DNA from: a virus
Taxonomy: Duplodnaviria > Caudoviricetes
Reading direction: 5' to 3' (one strand)
Virus record (IMG/VR): IMGVR_UViG_3300035181_002540
Span: 1 to 24,916 of that record
Length of the DNA: 24,916 nt
Each line of letters begins with the position of its first letter. Positions within the stretch are counted from its first letter, which is position 1. Both the position numbers and the translations under genes were made by a program. Positions 16,449-24,785 of the stretch are shown in pieces. The notes under the pieces were generated by a model. That model searched no databases, was not told the origin of the DNA, and saw nothing but the letters and a program-made list of their open reading frames with translations.

Positions 16449-16665
16449 TCCATGCAATATCCGTATGAGGCAGCAGAGAGCTCTCCTCATATGTCCCCGT
16501 GGGACAAAGGGTTGCATGGACAAGGTGGTGAAAGTCCACGACACCGAGCTATCCCACTTAGCTCGTAAAAGTATAAAGTGGGCGTGCTAAGGATATGTGC
16601 GAGACCCTCCAGAATATCCTCCTGCAGTAGGACGACCCAACGCTGCTTGTACAAGGACAAGGTCG
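16449..16665 (+). ncRNA. Candidate structured RNA with three-way junction, UGAAAG loop and pseudoknot
   Basis: Intergenic, GC-richer than flanks, folds by eye into nested stems; family unidentified. Confidence 0.45.
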
Positions 16666-16760
16666 TTATGGGATGAAAGGAGAATGCTCATGAAAAGAGC
16701 AAGAGATCATCCCAATAAAAAGAAAATCCCATTCTATCCCTATATTGGATAGAATGGGAT

Positions 16761-16818
16761 TTTTATTTCCTAAACAAAAACAGGATAATGTTATCCTGTT
16801 TTTGTTTAGGAAATAAAA
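16761..16818. repeat. 58-bp palindrome (perfect 28-bp arms, 2-nt centre)
   Basis: TTTTATTTCCTAAACAAAAACAGGATAA-TG-TTATCCTGTTTTTGTTTAGGAAATAAAA. Confidence 0.95.
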
Positions 16819-16840
16819 TATAAACACAAAGGAGAATCCC

Positions 16841-18184
16841 ATGCCAAGTACATCCAATATGAACATGTCCGATTTGTTTAATGGGAATGGTCGTATTGCT
16901 CTTACGGAAAACCTTGTCCCGATTAACAAGATCGGACAAGTTGGACATTGTTGTATTTGTAGGGAGACTTTGAAGGGGGTATACTATGATGTCCACCGTC
17001 TTGGTGAATATCATAGGATTTGCGTCTCCTGCTTCCAAAGTGCTTGGATGCGGGAATACGCAAGAAATGTTATTGAGAGGACGGTCTTCCTGAATTTTCG
17101 GTCTGAGGATTTTATCCAATCCGCAGACATTGTTTCTACTACATCTGGAGATAGTAGGACATGTTGTAGGTGTGGACAGCCCATCAATTCCTATAACTAT
17201 GGTTATAGGATACATGGCACATCCAACTTTTATTGTGCCCCATGCGGGTACAATATCCTCTATAATAGGGGGATAGTCCCCAATACAGCTCCTGAAGGTC
17301 TCAGGAGACTTCCAAACATAGAGTTTGGAAGGGGAAGAGGAGGGAGGATAATTGAGGTTATATCCTCCTCAGATTATATGTCCGAAATGGAAAGTGAAAG
17401 AAATAACAATCCTCAAATTTCCACAACCCTAACACACTCCAATCCCCAGTTGAAGTTTTTTGGGGATGCCCTATGGGTGGGGTTGGAATTGGAGGTGGAG
17501 TTCCCATCCGTTGTGGATAGGGACACTTTTATCATTGAATTCAAGGACAATAGCTTCCTGTCCGAATATGGTTGGCTGAAGTCGGACAGTTCGCTGTCCT
17601 ACTTGGGGGTTGAGATTTGCTCCCACCCAATTTCATGGGAGCTTTGGAATAATGGGGATGGGGACAAATTTCTGTCCGATCTCATAAATCTTGTACAAAA
17701 ATTCGGTGGTAAAGGACTTGATCAGAACAAGTCCTCGGCAGGTCTTCATATATCCTTTGACAACTCCTGGTTTAAATGGGGAGATGTCCAAAGGATATAT
17801 GAGTTTTGTTATGGGGATGAGAATTATGGCAATTTCTTTCTGCTATCCCAAAGGGACAGCAGAGATTCATTGAATACCTATGCTCATCCAAAACCCTATG
17901 CCGAGTTGGATGAAACCTTGAACGCTATCCAACGAGGATCGTGTACGAGGTATTCGATCCTAAATACGAACAATCAAAACCGAAAAGAATTTCGGTTATT
18001 CAATTCTGTTGTGAATAAAGGATTCATCCTTGCCGGAATGAAGTTCCTGCAAGGTATGTTATCCTACGTTAGGAAGTTCCATGAACACAGGGATTTTCTA
18101 AAATGGGATAACATGAGAAACATCCTTATAAACGAAGGGTATGGGGATATCTTCCTTCGTGAAGATATCCTCGATGAAGAATAG
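16841..18184 (+). CDS. Putative amidoligase (COOH-NH2 ligase superfamily, Amidoligase_2-like) with N-terminal Zn ribbons
   Basis: VGLELEVE, KSDSSL, GVEICSHP, SAGLHISF, RYSILN, EFRLF; four CxxC pairs at the N-terminus; AAGGAG RBS. Confidence 0.85.
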   Translation: MPSTSNMNMSDLFNGNGRIALTENLVPINKIGQVGHCCICRETLKGVYYDVHRLGEYHRICVSCFQSAWMREYARNVIERTVFLNFRSEDFIQSADIVSTTSGDSRTCCRCGQPINSYNYGYRIHGTSNFYCAPCGYNILYNRGIVPNTAPEGLRRLPNIEFGRGRGGRIIEVISSSDYMSEMESERNNNPQISTTLTHSNPQLKFFGDALWVGLELEVEFPSVVDRDTFIIEFKDNSFLSEYGWLKSDSSLSYLGVEICSHPISWELWNNGDGDKFLSDLINLVQKFGGKGLDQNKSSAGLHISFDNSWFKWGDVQRIYEFCYGDENYGNFFLLSQRDSRDSLNTYAHPKPYAELDETLNAIQRGSCTRYSILNTNNQNRKEFRLFNSVVNKGFILAGMKFLQGMLSYVRKFHEHRDFLKWDNMRNILINEGYGDIFLREDILDEE

Positions 18185-18193
18185 GAACAAAAC

Positions 18194-18543
18194 CCAATAT
18201 CCAGTGTGCAACATTGCATACTGGATATTGGATGCATTGGATAATGCCAAAAGGATAGATAGGAGAATGTCTCCTATCTATCCTTTTGTTGTTATCTATC
18301 AAACGAAAGGAGGGATACTGCTATATCCTGCGTTAGGCTAAAAATACAGGTACTACATTCAAAAATTGGATTGTTCTCCCTAACTATCCAATCTTTGAAA
18401 GGTTTGTATATGTATTGCAAGCTAACGTAGGAAAACCTTGGATATAAGACGATGTATCCAAGGGTTTTATTGTTATTGTTTCTATAGGTATAGCTATAGA
18501 GGACATAACTTCTAACATAAACTATCCAGCTATACATGGATAG
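18194..18543 (+). repeat. Intergenic cluster of about seven hairpins
   Basis: Stems at 18194-18231, 18248-18288 (19 bp perfect), ~18358-18399, 18432-18468, ~18472-18509, 18522-18543. Confidence 0.85.
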
Positions 18544-18555
18544 GGAAAGGACAGT

Positions 18556-19341
18556 ATGTGCATCATAATTTCTAATTGGGGAGCAAAAACCATAGAGGAG
18601 GATATCCTCAAAAACAGTTGGTACAACAACGATGATGGTGCAGGTATAGTATACTTGAACCATGATCGTTTGTTTGTCCAAAAGGGGATAATGACGTTCC
18701 AAGATTTTCTGGATGTGTATGACAAAGTGAGGATGTTTCCTCACGTTATACATTTCCGTATTGGAACATCAGGAATGGATGCAAGAGGATGTACGCATCC
18801 GTTCCCAATCACTAAAAACCATAATGTACTCAATACCTGTTCCTATTCCACAAATGGGATTGTTCTTGCCCATAATGGAATCCTTGGACAGGGTGAAGGC
18901 GTATTATCGGATACACAAGTCTTTGTAAGAGACTTTATGTATCCGTTGTGCAAGGTAGTAGGGGATAAGATCATGTCCAATAATAAGTATGTTAAGGACT
19001 TGATCGAGTCTCAGTTAAAAGGAACAAGCAGAATAATCCTGGTACATCCGAAATTTGGAGCCAGGATATTCGGGAAAGGTTGGATAGAGGAAGATGGTAT
19101 TTTCTATTCCAATCGATCTTTCTCCTACAGTTTTATGTTGGATTTTTCGAAATCCGACAAATTCGGTTTCTGTGAATGTAGTATCTGTGGAGACCTGTAT
19201 CGAGAAAGGGATTGGGATAGATATTTGTTTAGGATGGATGCGGACGAACTATCGGAGTTGGACACAATTTTCGATGAAGTGTGTCCAAAGTGTTATTACG
19301 ACATGGTGGATACTCCTACAAAATGGGAGGATAAACCATGA
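18556..19341 (+). CDS. Class II (Ntn) glutamine amidotransferase-like protein with C-terminal Zn ribbon
   Basis: N-terminal M-C, NDDGAG, HFRIGTSG, THPF, AHNGI, SDT motifs; C-terminal CSIC...CPKC. Confidence 0.9.
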   Translation: MCIIISNWGAKTIEEDILKNSWYNNDDGAGIVYLNHDRLFVQKGIMTFQDFLDVYDKVRMFPHVIHFRIGTSGMDARGCTHPFPITKNHNVLNTCSYSTNGIVLAHNGILGQGEGVLSDTQVFVRDFMYPLCKVVGDKIMSNNKYVKDLIESQLKGTSRIILVHPKFGARIFGKGWIEEDGIFYSNRSFSYSFMLDFSKSDKFGFCECSICGDLYRERDWDRYLFRMDADELSELDTIFDEVCPKCYYDMVDTPTKWEDKP

Positions 19342-19406
19342 CAACAATAACACGTATTTTGGGGATATTGATCCTTATCGGTTTCCTATTCACAAGAGGA
19401 GGATGA
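19338..19406 (+). CDS. 22 aa hydrophobic micropeptide (not in ORF track)
   Basis: GGGAGG RBS 7 nt upstream, ATGA overlap with GATase stop, fills the gap to the next start; MTTITRILGILILIGFLFTRGG. Confidence 0.55.
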   Translation: MTTITRILGILILIGFLFTRGG

Positions 19407-19407
19407 A

Positions 19408-20655
19408 ATGCCAAACGATCAAGTGAATGTAGTAGAAGAGGACGCTGTAGTGGAAGAGGAGACGTTCCGTTGTGTGGGATGTCACGAAGATATTACAGAA
19501 GAAAATATCGCGGTTAGATTAAATGATCGCCTCGTAATTTGTCAGGATTGCGAGGATGATTTTTCATTATGTCCTGAATGCGGGGAATATTATAGGAGTG
19601 AGGATACTCACATCCACTGTGTGGAATGTGGGGGGTTAATTGAAAATGATTGGGACATTGGGATTTGTGGAGGGGGAACCGAGGCTCCCAATAATTTGGG
19701 AGATGATGATGTGTTATGCCAGTCATGCTCCGATGATTATTACTTCTGCGATTATTGCAGAAGATACGTCCTCAGGGACGATGATCATTACCATTGTCCA
19801 CAATGTGGGACTCTCCTCCTCAACGAGGGGGATAGTTGTCCCAATTGTGCACGAACACCGGAATCGGACGGTTTATACCATGTGAACCCTCCAATGAAGT
19901 ATCACTATCTCGAAGATGACCCAATGGGACAGTATATCGGGATAGAGTTAGAGTTTGAGGTGAACGTTGAGGACGACGAGTATAATAGGAGAGACTTAGT
20001 AGATTGGTTTAAAACTTCTAAGTATTCCTTTCATTTTTGGATGAAATCGGACGGCTCTCTGTCCTCCGAAGGAGGAGTTGAGTTATGCTCCCATCCAATG
20101 ACTTGGAATTATTGGAGGATATATAGTATACAGTTGTTAGAGGAATTGGTTGATGAATTGTCCAGTAGAGGAGCATCTGCCTGGAACCAGAAAACATCTA
20201 CGTGCGGAATTCATCTATCCTTTTCCAACGACTGGTGGGAAGGATCCTCCCATTTAGGGAGAACATGTAGGTGGATATATGAGAATAGAGATTTTATCCA
20301 CAGCATATCCTGCAGAAAGCAGGAGCAGTTAGATCGGTGGGCAGATCCCAAGTACTATTCGGACAAATGGGATGCCTACAAAACAGGAGTTAAGAGGTAT
20401 GCCCCCAAGAGATACCTTGCGCTCAATCTCTCCAATAATAGGAGAGTGGAATGTAGAATATTTCGGTCTTCCTTAAACATTGAGAGGATAAGATCATATA
20501 TGGAAATATCCAAGGCTATAATCGAGTTTACAAGAGATAATATAGGATTGAAAGCCGATATTCCATCCTTTTTCAAGTTTATTTCAAAACAGAGAGGACA
20601 GTATAGGCATATCCTCAAGAAGTATGCCGATGTATTTGAAGAGTACATAGGATAG
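19408..20655 (+). CDS. Second putative amidoligase with acidic multi-CxxC N-terminal region
   Basis: IGIELEFE, KSDGSL, GVELCSHP, TCGIHLSF, RYLALN, VECRIF; eight CxxC motifs at the N-terminus; GAGGAGG RBS. Confidence 0.87.
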   Translation: MPNDQVNVVEEDAVVEEETFRCVGCHEDITEENIAVRLNDRLVICQDCEDDFSLCPECGEYYRSEDTHIHCVECGGLIENDWDIGICGGGTEAPNNLGDDDVLCQSCSDDYYFCDYCRRYVLRDDDHYHCPQCGTLLLNEGDSCPNCARTPESDGLYHVNPPMKYHYLEDDPMGQYIGIELEFEVNVEDDEYNRRDLVDWFKTSKYSFHFWMKSDGSLSSEGGVELCSHPMTWNYWRIYSIQLLEELVDELSSRGASAWNQKTSTCGIHLSFSNDWWEGSSHLGRTCRWIYENRDFIHSISCRKQEQLDRWADPKYYSDKWDAYKTGVKRYAPKRYLALNLSNNRRVECRIFRSSLNIERIRSYMEISKAIIEFTRDNIGLKADIPSFFKFISKQRGQYRHILKKYADVFEEYIG

Positions 20656-20667
20656 AAGGGACAGGAA

Positions 20668-20754
20668 ATGGACTTTCTAATCCTACTCATAGGAATACTA
20701 ATTGGATTATTGTCTGGTATAAAGTCTTTATCCTACATCCTGAAAATGGATTAG
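20668..20754 (+). CDS. 28 aa hydrophobic micropeptide (not in ORF track)
   Basis: MDFLILLIGILIGLLSGIKSLSYILKMD; starts 12 nt after the amidoligase stop; purine-rich leader. Confidence 0.5.
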   Translation: MDFLILLIGILIGLLSGIKSLSYILKMD

Positions 20755-20858
20755 GATATATCAAAGGCAAACCTCTGGACGACGGAGATATCCAAGTTTG
20801 CCAAACCTGCGCACCGCTCATGGCCGTCCTTGATGTGCGCAAAACTTAGGAGAAGAGA

Positions 20859-21086
20859 ATGGAAACAACGATTATTGAGACAATCCACTTTGTCCGGGGT
20901 ATTTTTGTCCGACAGCTTTATGTCGGACAAGAAGATATCCTCCTGATGAAAATCAGGGAGGATAATAAGAGGTTGGTTTTTGGAGAGGACTTCCAGTTGT
21001 ATAAACTGGAACCACGAGAAGGCGAACCTGAAGTGTGGGATCATTCCCACATTTGGGATAGTGGACATTGGGAACCCATGCACTAA
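20859..21086 (+). CDS. Hypothetical protein
   Basis: 75 aa, AGGAG RBS, co-oriented with the arm. Confidence 0.6.
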   Translation: METTIIETIHFVRGIFVRQLYVGQEDILLMKIREDNKRLVFGEDFQLYKLEPREGEPEVWDHSHIWDSGHWEPMH

Positions 21087-21090
21087 TTGA

Positions 21091-21186
21091 ATACTGTCCT
21101 GTATCCATAGTGGATACAGGACAGTATCCAAAATATTCAAATATCCGATTTATCCAACGAATATATAGGTTGGATAGATCGGATAT
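21091..21186 (+). terminator. Two long hairpins closing the amidoligase unit
   Basis: Perfect 17-bp stem 21091-21127; 18-bp stem 21141-21186 with one U-G. Confidence 0.5.
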
Positions 21187-21261
21187 GTTGGATAGATTGT
21201 ATATGTTGGATATGTTGGATAAATAAAATACCTTTACAAACATTATCCATAAACGAAAACT

Positions 21262-21400
21262 ATAGGGGCCACATTTAGCATTTGAAATCATAGGGGCCAC
21301 ATTTAGCATTTGAAATCATAGGGGCCACATTTAGCATTCGAAATCAATCTCAGCAACCACATTTAGCATTCGAAATCACAGGGGCCACATTTAGCATTTC
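21262..21400. repeat. Five ~28-bp tandem repeats (ATAGGGGCCACATTTAGCATTTGAAATC), iteron-like
   Basis: Units at 21262, 21290, 21318, 21346 (variant, 32 bp), 21378 (partial); invariant CCACATTTAGCATT. Confidence 0.95.
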
Positions 21401-21442
21401 ATTTTGTTTTTTAAATATGTTATGAAAAATATGAATTTTTTG

Positions 21443-21471
21443 TTGACAAAAGTAAAATTGCCTGATATTTT
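21443..21471 (+). promoter_or_regulatory. Sigma70-like promoter for the replication genes
   Basis: TTGACA-N17-TATTTT with extended -10 TGn. Confidence 0.6.
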
Positions 21472-21607
21472 TTCGACAAAAATGAATCTGACTCTAATAG
21501 AAAGGGGAAAACGCCAACAAACAAAATAAAATAAGATTGGATAAATAGTCAAAACAAGATTTGGACAAACCAGGAACTAAAACCCAAAAATTCAAAAGGA
21601 GGATATT

Positions 21608-21835
21608 ATGAGTAGATTTTATGGAAATTTACAAGGAGATAAAGGAGAGACAACACGATGCGGACACAAAACAATCACCTCTCATGTGAGAGGATGGAAT
21701 TTTGGAGTTCGGGTCACTGGATACATTAACAACGATGGAGAAGATTGCTTCTACATCGAACTCACTTCTGGTTCCAATGGTGGTGGGGGAAATAAATTCC
21801 TTGGGAATTTTACCAGAAAAGATTTGGGAGAATGA
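21608..21835 (+). CDS. Small hypothetical phage protein
   Basis: 75 aa, AAGGAGG RBS. Confidence 0.8.
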   Translation: MSRFYGNLQGDKGETTRCGHKTITSHVRGWNFGVRVTGYINNDGEDCFYIELTSGSNGGGGNKFLGNFTRKDLGE

Positions 21836-21840
21836 ATCAA

Positions 21841-21876
21841 TTTGGGGGATACAATTTCGATTTAGTATCCCCCAAA
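21841..21876 (+). terminator. Hairpin after the 75 aa gene
   Basis: TTTGGGGGATAC-N12-GTATCCCCCAAA perfect 12-bp stem; no U-tract on plus. Confidence 0.4.
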
Positions 21877-21893
21877 AATACAAGGAGGATTAG

Positions 21894-22310
21894 ATGATAT
21901 GCAGAATATGTGTCCACTATCATAAAAAAATATGCAAAATAAAGCAAAGGGAGATAAAACCAGACACACCGAAATGTGATAATTTTATATTATCCAAAAC
22001 CATTGTTTGTATAAATGATCAGTGTTTTTTGGATATAGAAGCTTGTTTAGCCAGACGTAGGAAATATAAATGTCATTGTAAATATGGCGATGCAGTGAGA
22101 ATTTTTGTTGGACAAACAACGGATAAAACCAAAAAATTAATAAGGAGAAACAAATCATGCGTACAAGCACAACCGAAGACATCGCAGAAGCCTACAACAT
22201 TTTCTTTGGAACAGACACCTTCACAGAATTTGATGAAACAGGATACGAATATCAATCCTTCAATCAAGAAACGGCTATTATTAAAAGGGAAAGTTTCGAA
22301 AAAGAATTAA
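21894..22310 (+). CDS. Cys-rich basic hypothetical protein
   Basis: AAGGAGG RBS; many Cys in the N-terminal 65 aa; 3' part overlaps the next ORF. Confidence 0.65.
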   Translation: MICRICVHYHKKICKIKQREIKPDTPKCDNFILSKTIVCINDQCFLDIEACLARRRKYKCHCKYGDAVRIFVGQTTDKTKKLIRRNKSCVQAQPKTSQKPTTFSLEQTPSQNLMKQDTNINPSIKKRLLLKGKVSKKN

Positions 22311-22489
22311 CCAAAGAGGCCAAAGAAGTTATTGAATTCATCATAAATTGCCCAAATGAATTATTGGACATAGATGTTCGTGGATTGACATGGAACAAAA
22401 TTGTTCAACTTCTTATGAAAAGAGGTTGGTCAAATTATCGTTTACGAATCATTAACAAAGAAATTAGACATTTCTTGAGGACAATATGA
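22157..22489 (+). CDS. Hypothetical protein, possible C-terminal helix-turn-helix
   Basis: TAAGGAG RBS; stop overlaps helicase start (ATGA). Confidence 0.65.
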   Translation: MRTSTTEDIAEAYNIFFGTDTFTEFDETGYEYQSFNQETAIIKRESFEKELTKEAKEVIEFIINCPNELLDIDVRGLTWNKIVQLLMKRGWSNYRLRIINKEIRHFLRTI

Positions 22490-23907
22490 AATCGAAAAAG
22501 AGAATTACCATAGAAAAGTTGGATGCAACCACCTCAAAAATAGATATGGGGGATTGGTCGATAATTGAACCTTGCTTGTCGTACAAATCTTTTTATTACA
22601 AGCAGGGGAGATTTCGAAAAGAGAGGATAGATTATATCAAAAAATGTGTTTTATATAAGCGGGGGAAATACGCTTATATTCTATCCGGATTTATCCCGAG
22701 GATAAGAGAATATTTATCGACAAAGGGGATTGGTCTCGAAGTTTATGAGGAGGAACCAATTGAATTCAGCTTTGATGTTATGAAAGCAGTTCGAATGTTT
22801 GCCAAGAAACAAATTGAACTGCGGGATTATCAATTGGAATTGATCGAAACAGGATTAACCAAAAAACATGGAATAATAAAAGCTACTACGGGGACTGGTA
22901 AATCTTTTATTATTCTTGGATTGATTGCAAGTCTTGGAAGACAGGCAAATTGCCTCATTCTCTGCCATAATTCATCTATTGTCCAACAGCTTTATTCTCA
23001 ATTGAAGACCTTCTTTACTGCCGATTCTGTTTTGAAGCTGACGGGGGATACACCAGATGAATTAAAAATAAAAAACTTTGATAAAAGGATTGTGGTTGCA
23101 ACTATCCAATCTTTTGTAAAGATTTCACCGGATTTTTATATTGATTATTTCTTTGCAGTTTTTGTGGATGAAGCTCATCGAGTTAGTTCGTTAGAAGGAC
23201 AGTATTCATTTGTTTTATCCAAGATGCTTGCACCGATAAGATTAGGGTTTACATCCACCCCACCGAATCAAGACGATGCTAAATTTGCCTATGAGGGCCT
23301 TTTAGGGCCGATTATAGGCGAGCTTCCTTTAGAAGAGGCCATGAGTAAGGGGGTCATAGCAAAGCCTCGTATTAGGCTTGTTAGGGCGCAATTTCAGCCT
23401 GGTTTGAAAGACCTGAGAGACTATGTTCAGGTTTACTATGAAGGGATAGTTGCAAATGAAAGCAGGAATCAACAAATTCTTGATATTGTGCAGGACATAA
23501 TTGATAGGGAGGAGACAGTTTTAATTTTTGTAAATAAAATTGAGCATGGGGAGAACCTTGTTCGAATGGCAGAACAAAGGAATTTATCCTTGTTTTTTGT
23601 GCAAGGTTCATCCTCAGTAGAAATACGAGAACGAGTAAAATCAGAACTAAATTTAGGTCTGATTAAAGCTGTAATTTGTACTACAGTATGGAAAGAAGGA
23701 GTGGATATTCCAAATCTGCAAAATGTAATAAATGCAGGTGGAGGAAAATCAGAAATCTCTGTTCTCCAGTCTATTGGAAGAGGATTACGAAGAACAGAAA
23801 TAAAGGATTCATTGACGATATATGATTTCTTTGATTCTGGTCATTATTATCTTGTAATGCACTCCGGAGAAAGACTGTGCATTTATTTTGAACAGGAGTG
23901 GCTATGA
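22486..23907 (+). CDS. Superfamily 2 DNA helicase (UvsW/Rad25-like, DEAH)
   Basis: LRDYQ, ATTGTGKS, DEAH, TST, EGVDIP, QSIGRGLR. Confidence 0.93.
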   Translation: MKSKKRITIEKLDATTSKIDMGDWSIIEPCLSYKSFYYKQGRFRKERIDYIKKCVLYKRGKYAYILSGFIPRIREYLSTKGIGLEVYEEEPIEFSFDVMKAVRMFAKKQIELRDYQLELIETGLTKKHGIIKATTGTGKSFIILGLIASLGRQANCLILCHNSSIVQQLYSQLKTFFTADSVLKLTGDTPDELKIKNFDKRIVVATIQSFVKISPDFYIDYFFAVFVDEAHRVSSLEGQYSFVLSKMLAPIRLGFTSTPPNQDDAKFAYEGLLGPIIGELPLEEAMSKGVIAKPRIRLVRAQFQPGLKDLRDYVQVYYEGIVANESRNQQILDIVQDIIDREETVLIFVNKIEHGENLVRMAEQRNLSLFFVQGSSSVEIRERVKSELNLGLIKAVICTTVWKEGVDIPNLQNVINAGGGKSEISVLQSIGRGLRRTEIKDSLTIYDFFDSGHYYLVMHSGERLCIYFEQEWL

Positions 23908-24785
23908 ACTTTGAAACAGTGGATATAATCGAATATTTTGAATCTTCTGGAATCAGTTATACGGTAACAGGAAAAAATCTTTCCAAGGGTTGGATTGGAA
24001 TTCGTTGCCCATTTTGTGATGATCATTCCAATCATTTAGGGATTCATCTTGAAAGCAAAGTTTTTTCTTGTTTCAAATGTGGCACAAAAGGAAACATTAT
24101 TAAACTGATTCAAGAGTTGGAGGATGTGGATTGGAAAAAAGCTATTTCTATTATCCAACAATATTCTGGTTCTGTTTTGAATTATGAAAACAAGCAGGAA
24201 ATAGTATCCAATAAATTTCCAAAAATGAATCCTTTAGGTGTTTTACACAAGGAATATCTTGCTTCTCGTGGTTTTGATCCAGAATTATTGGAAAGAAAAT
24301 ATAAATTAAAGATAGGGGGTAATTTTACAAAATATCAAACTCGTTTAATTATCCCGTTCTTTGAAAATAGACGAATGATCACGTTTACAAGTAGGGATAT
24401 TTCTGGAAAGTCTGAAATAAAATATTTGCATCCATCAAGAACTGAAACTGTGATCACTCCAAAAGATACAGTTTTTAATATCGACACAGTTCGAAATTCT
24501 TGTTTGGTTGTGGAAGGATGTTTTGACGTTTTTCGAATGGGGGATGGTGCAGTTTCTTTATCTGGTACTAAATATACACAAAGACAGGTTAGTCTATTAT
24601 CCAAGATCGATAGAGTTTTTGTTTTATTTGATCCAGAACCTGTTGCACAAGCACAGGCAAAGAAACTTGGAAATGAATTATCATTTTTAACGAGAGTGGA
24701 GGTCATACAACTTGATCTGGATAGAGACCCTGCTGATATGACTGAACAAGAGGCTATTGAATTGAAAAAGGAGCTTTCTCTATGA
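23904..24785 (+). CDS. DnaG-like DNA primase (Zn-binding domain + TOPRIM)
   Basis: CPFC..H..CFKC, RLIIPF, KYLH, VVEGCFD, LFDPE, DPAD; ATG at 23904 overlaps the helicase stop. Confidence 0.9.
   Translation: MNFETVDIIEYFESSGISYTVTGKNLSKGWIGIRCPFCDDHSNHLGIHLESKVFSCFKCGTKGNIIKLIQELEDVDWKKAISIIQQYSGSVLNYENKQEIVSNKFPKMNPLGVLHKEYLASRGFDPELLERKYKLKIGGNFTKYQTRLIIPFFENRRMITFTSRDISGKSEIKYLHPSRTETVITPKDTVFNIDTVRNSCLVVEGCFDVFRMGDGAVSLSGTKYTQRQVSLLSKIDRVFVLFDPEPVAQAQAKKLGNELSFLTRVEVIQLDLDRDPADMTEQEAIELKKELSL

Noticed and set aside
16761-16818. Possible protelomerase (telRL-like) target, given its 58-bp length
   Set aside because: Centre is not palindromic, no protelomerase in the window, and it is one of many similar stems
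20294-20302. Perfect DnaA box TTATCCACA
   Set aside because: Single copy inside a coding region, expected by chance given the TATCC-rich sequence
20760-20840. GGCAAACC start resembling a c-di-GMP-I riboswitch (also at 14027)
   Set aside because: Lacks the GNRA-capped stem and following GGGACGCAAAG; GGCAAAC instead pairs with GTTTGCC
21262-21400. Possible CRISPR mini-array (units end in ATTTGAAAT, like some CRISPR repeats)
   Set aside because: Units are head-to-tail without unique spacers and there are no cas genes in the window
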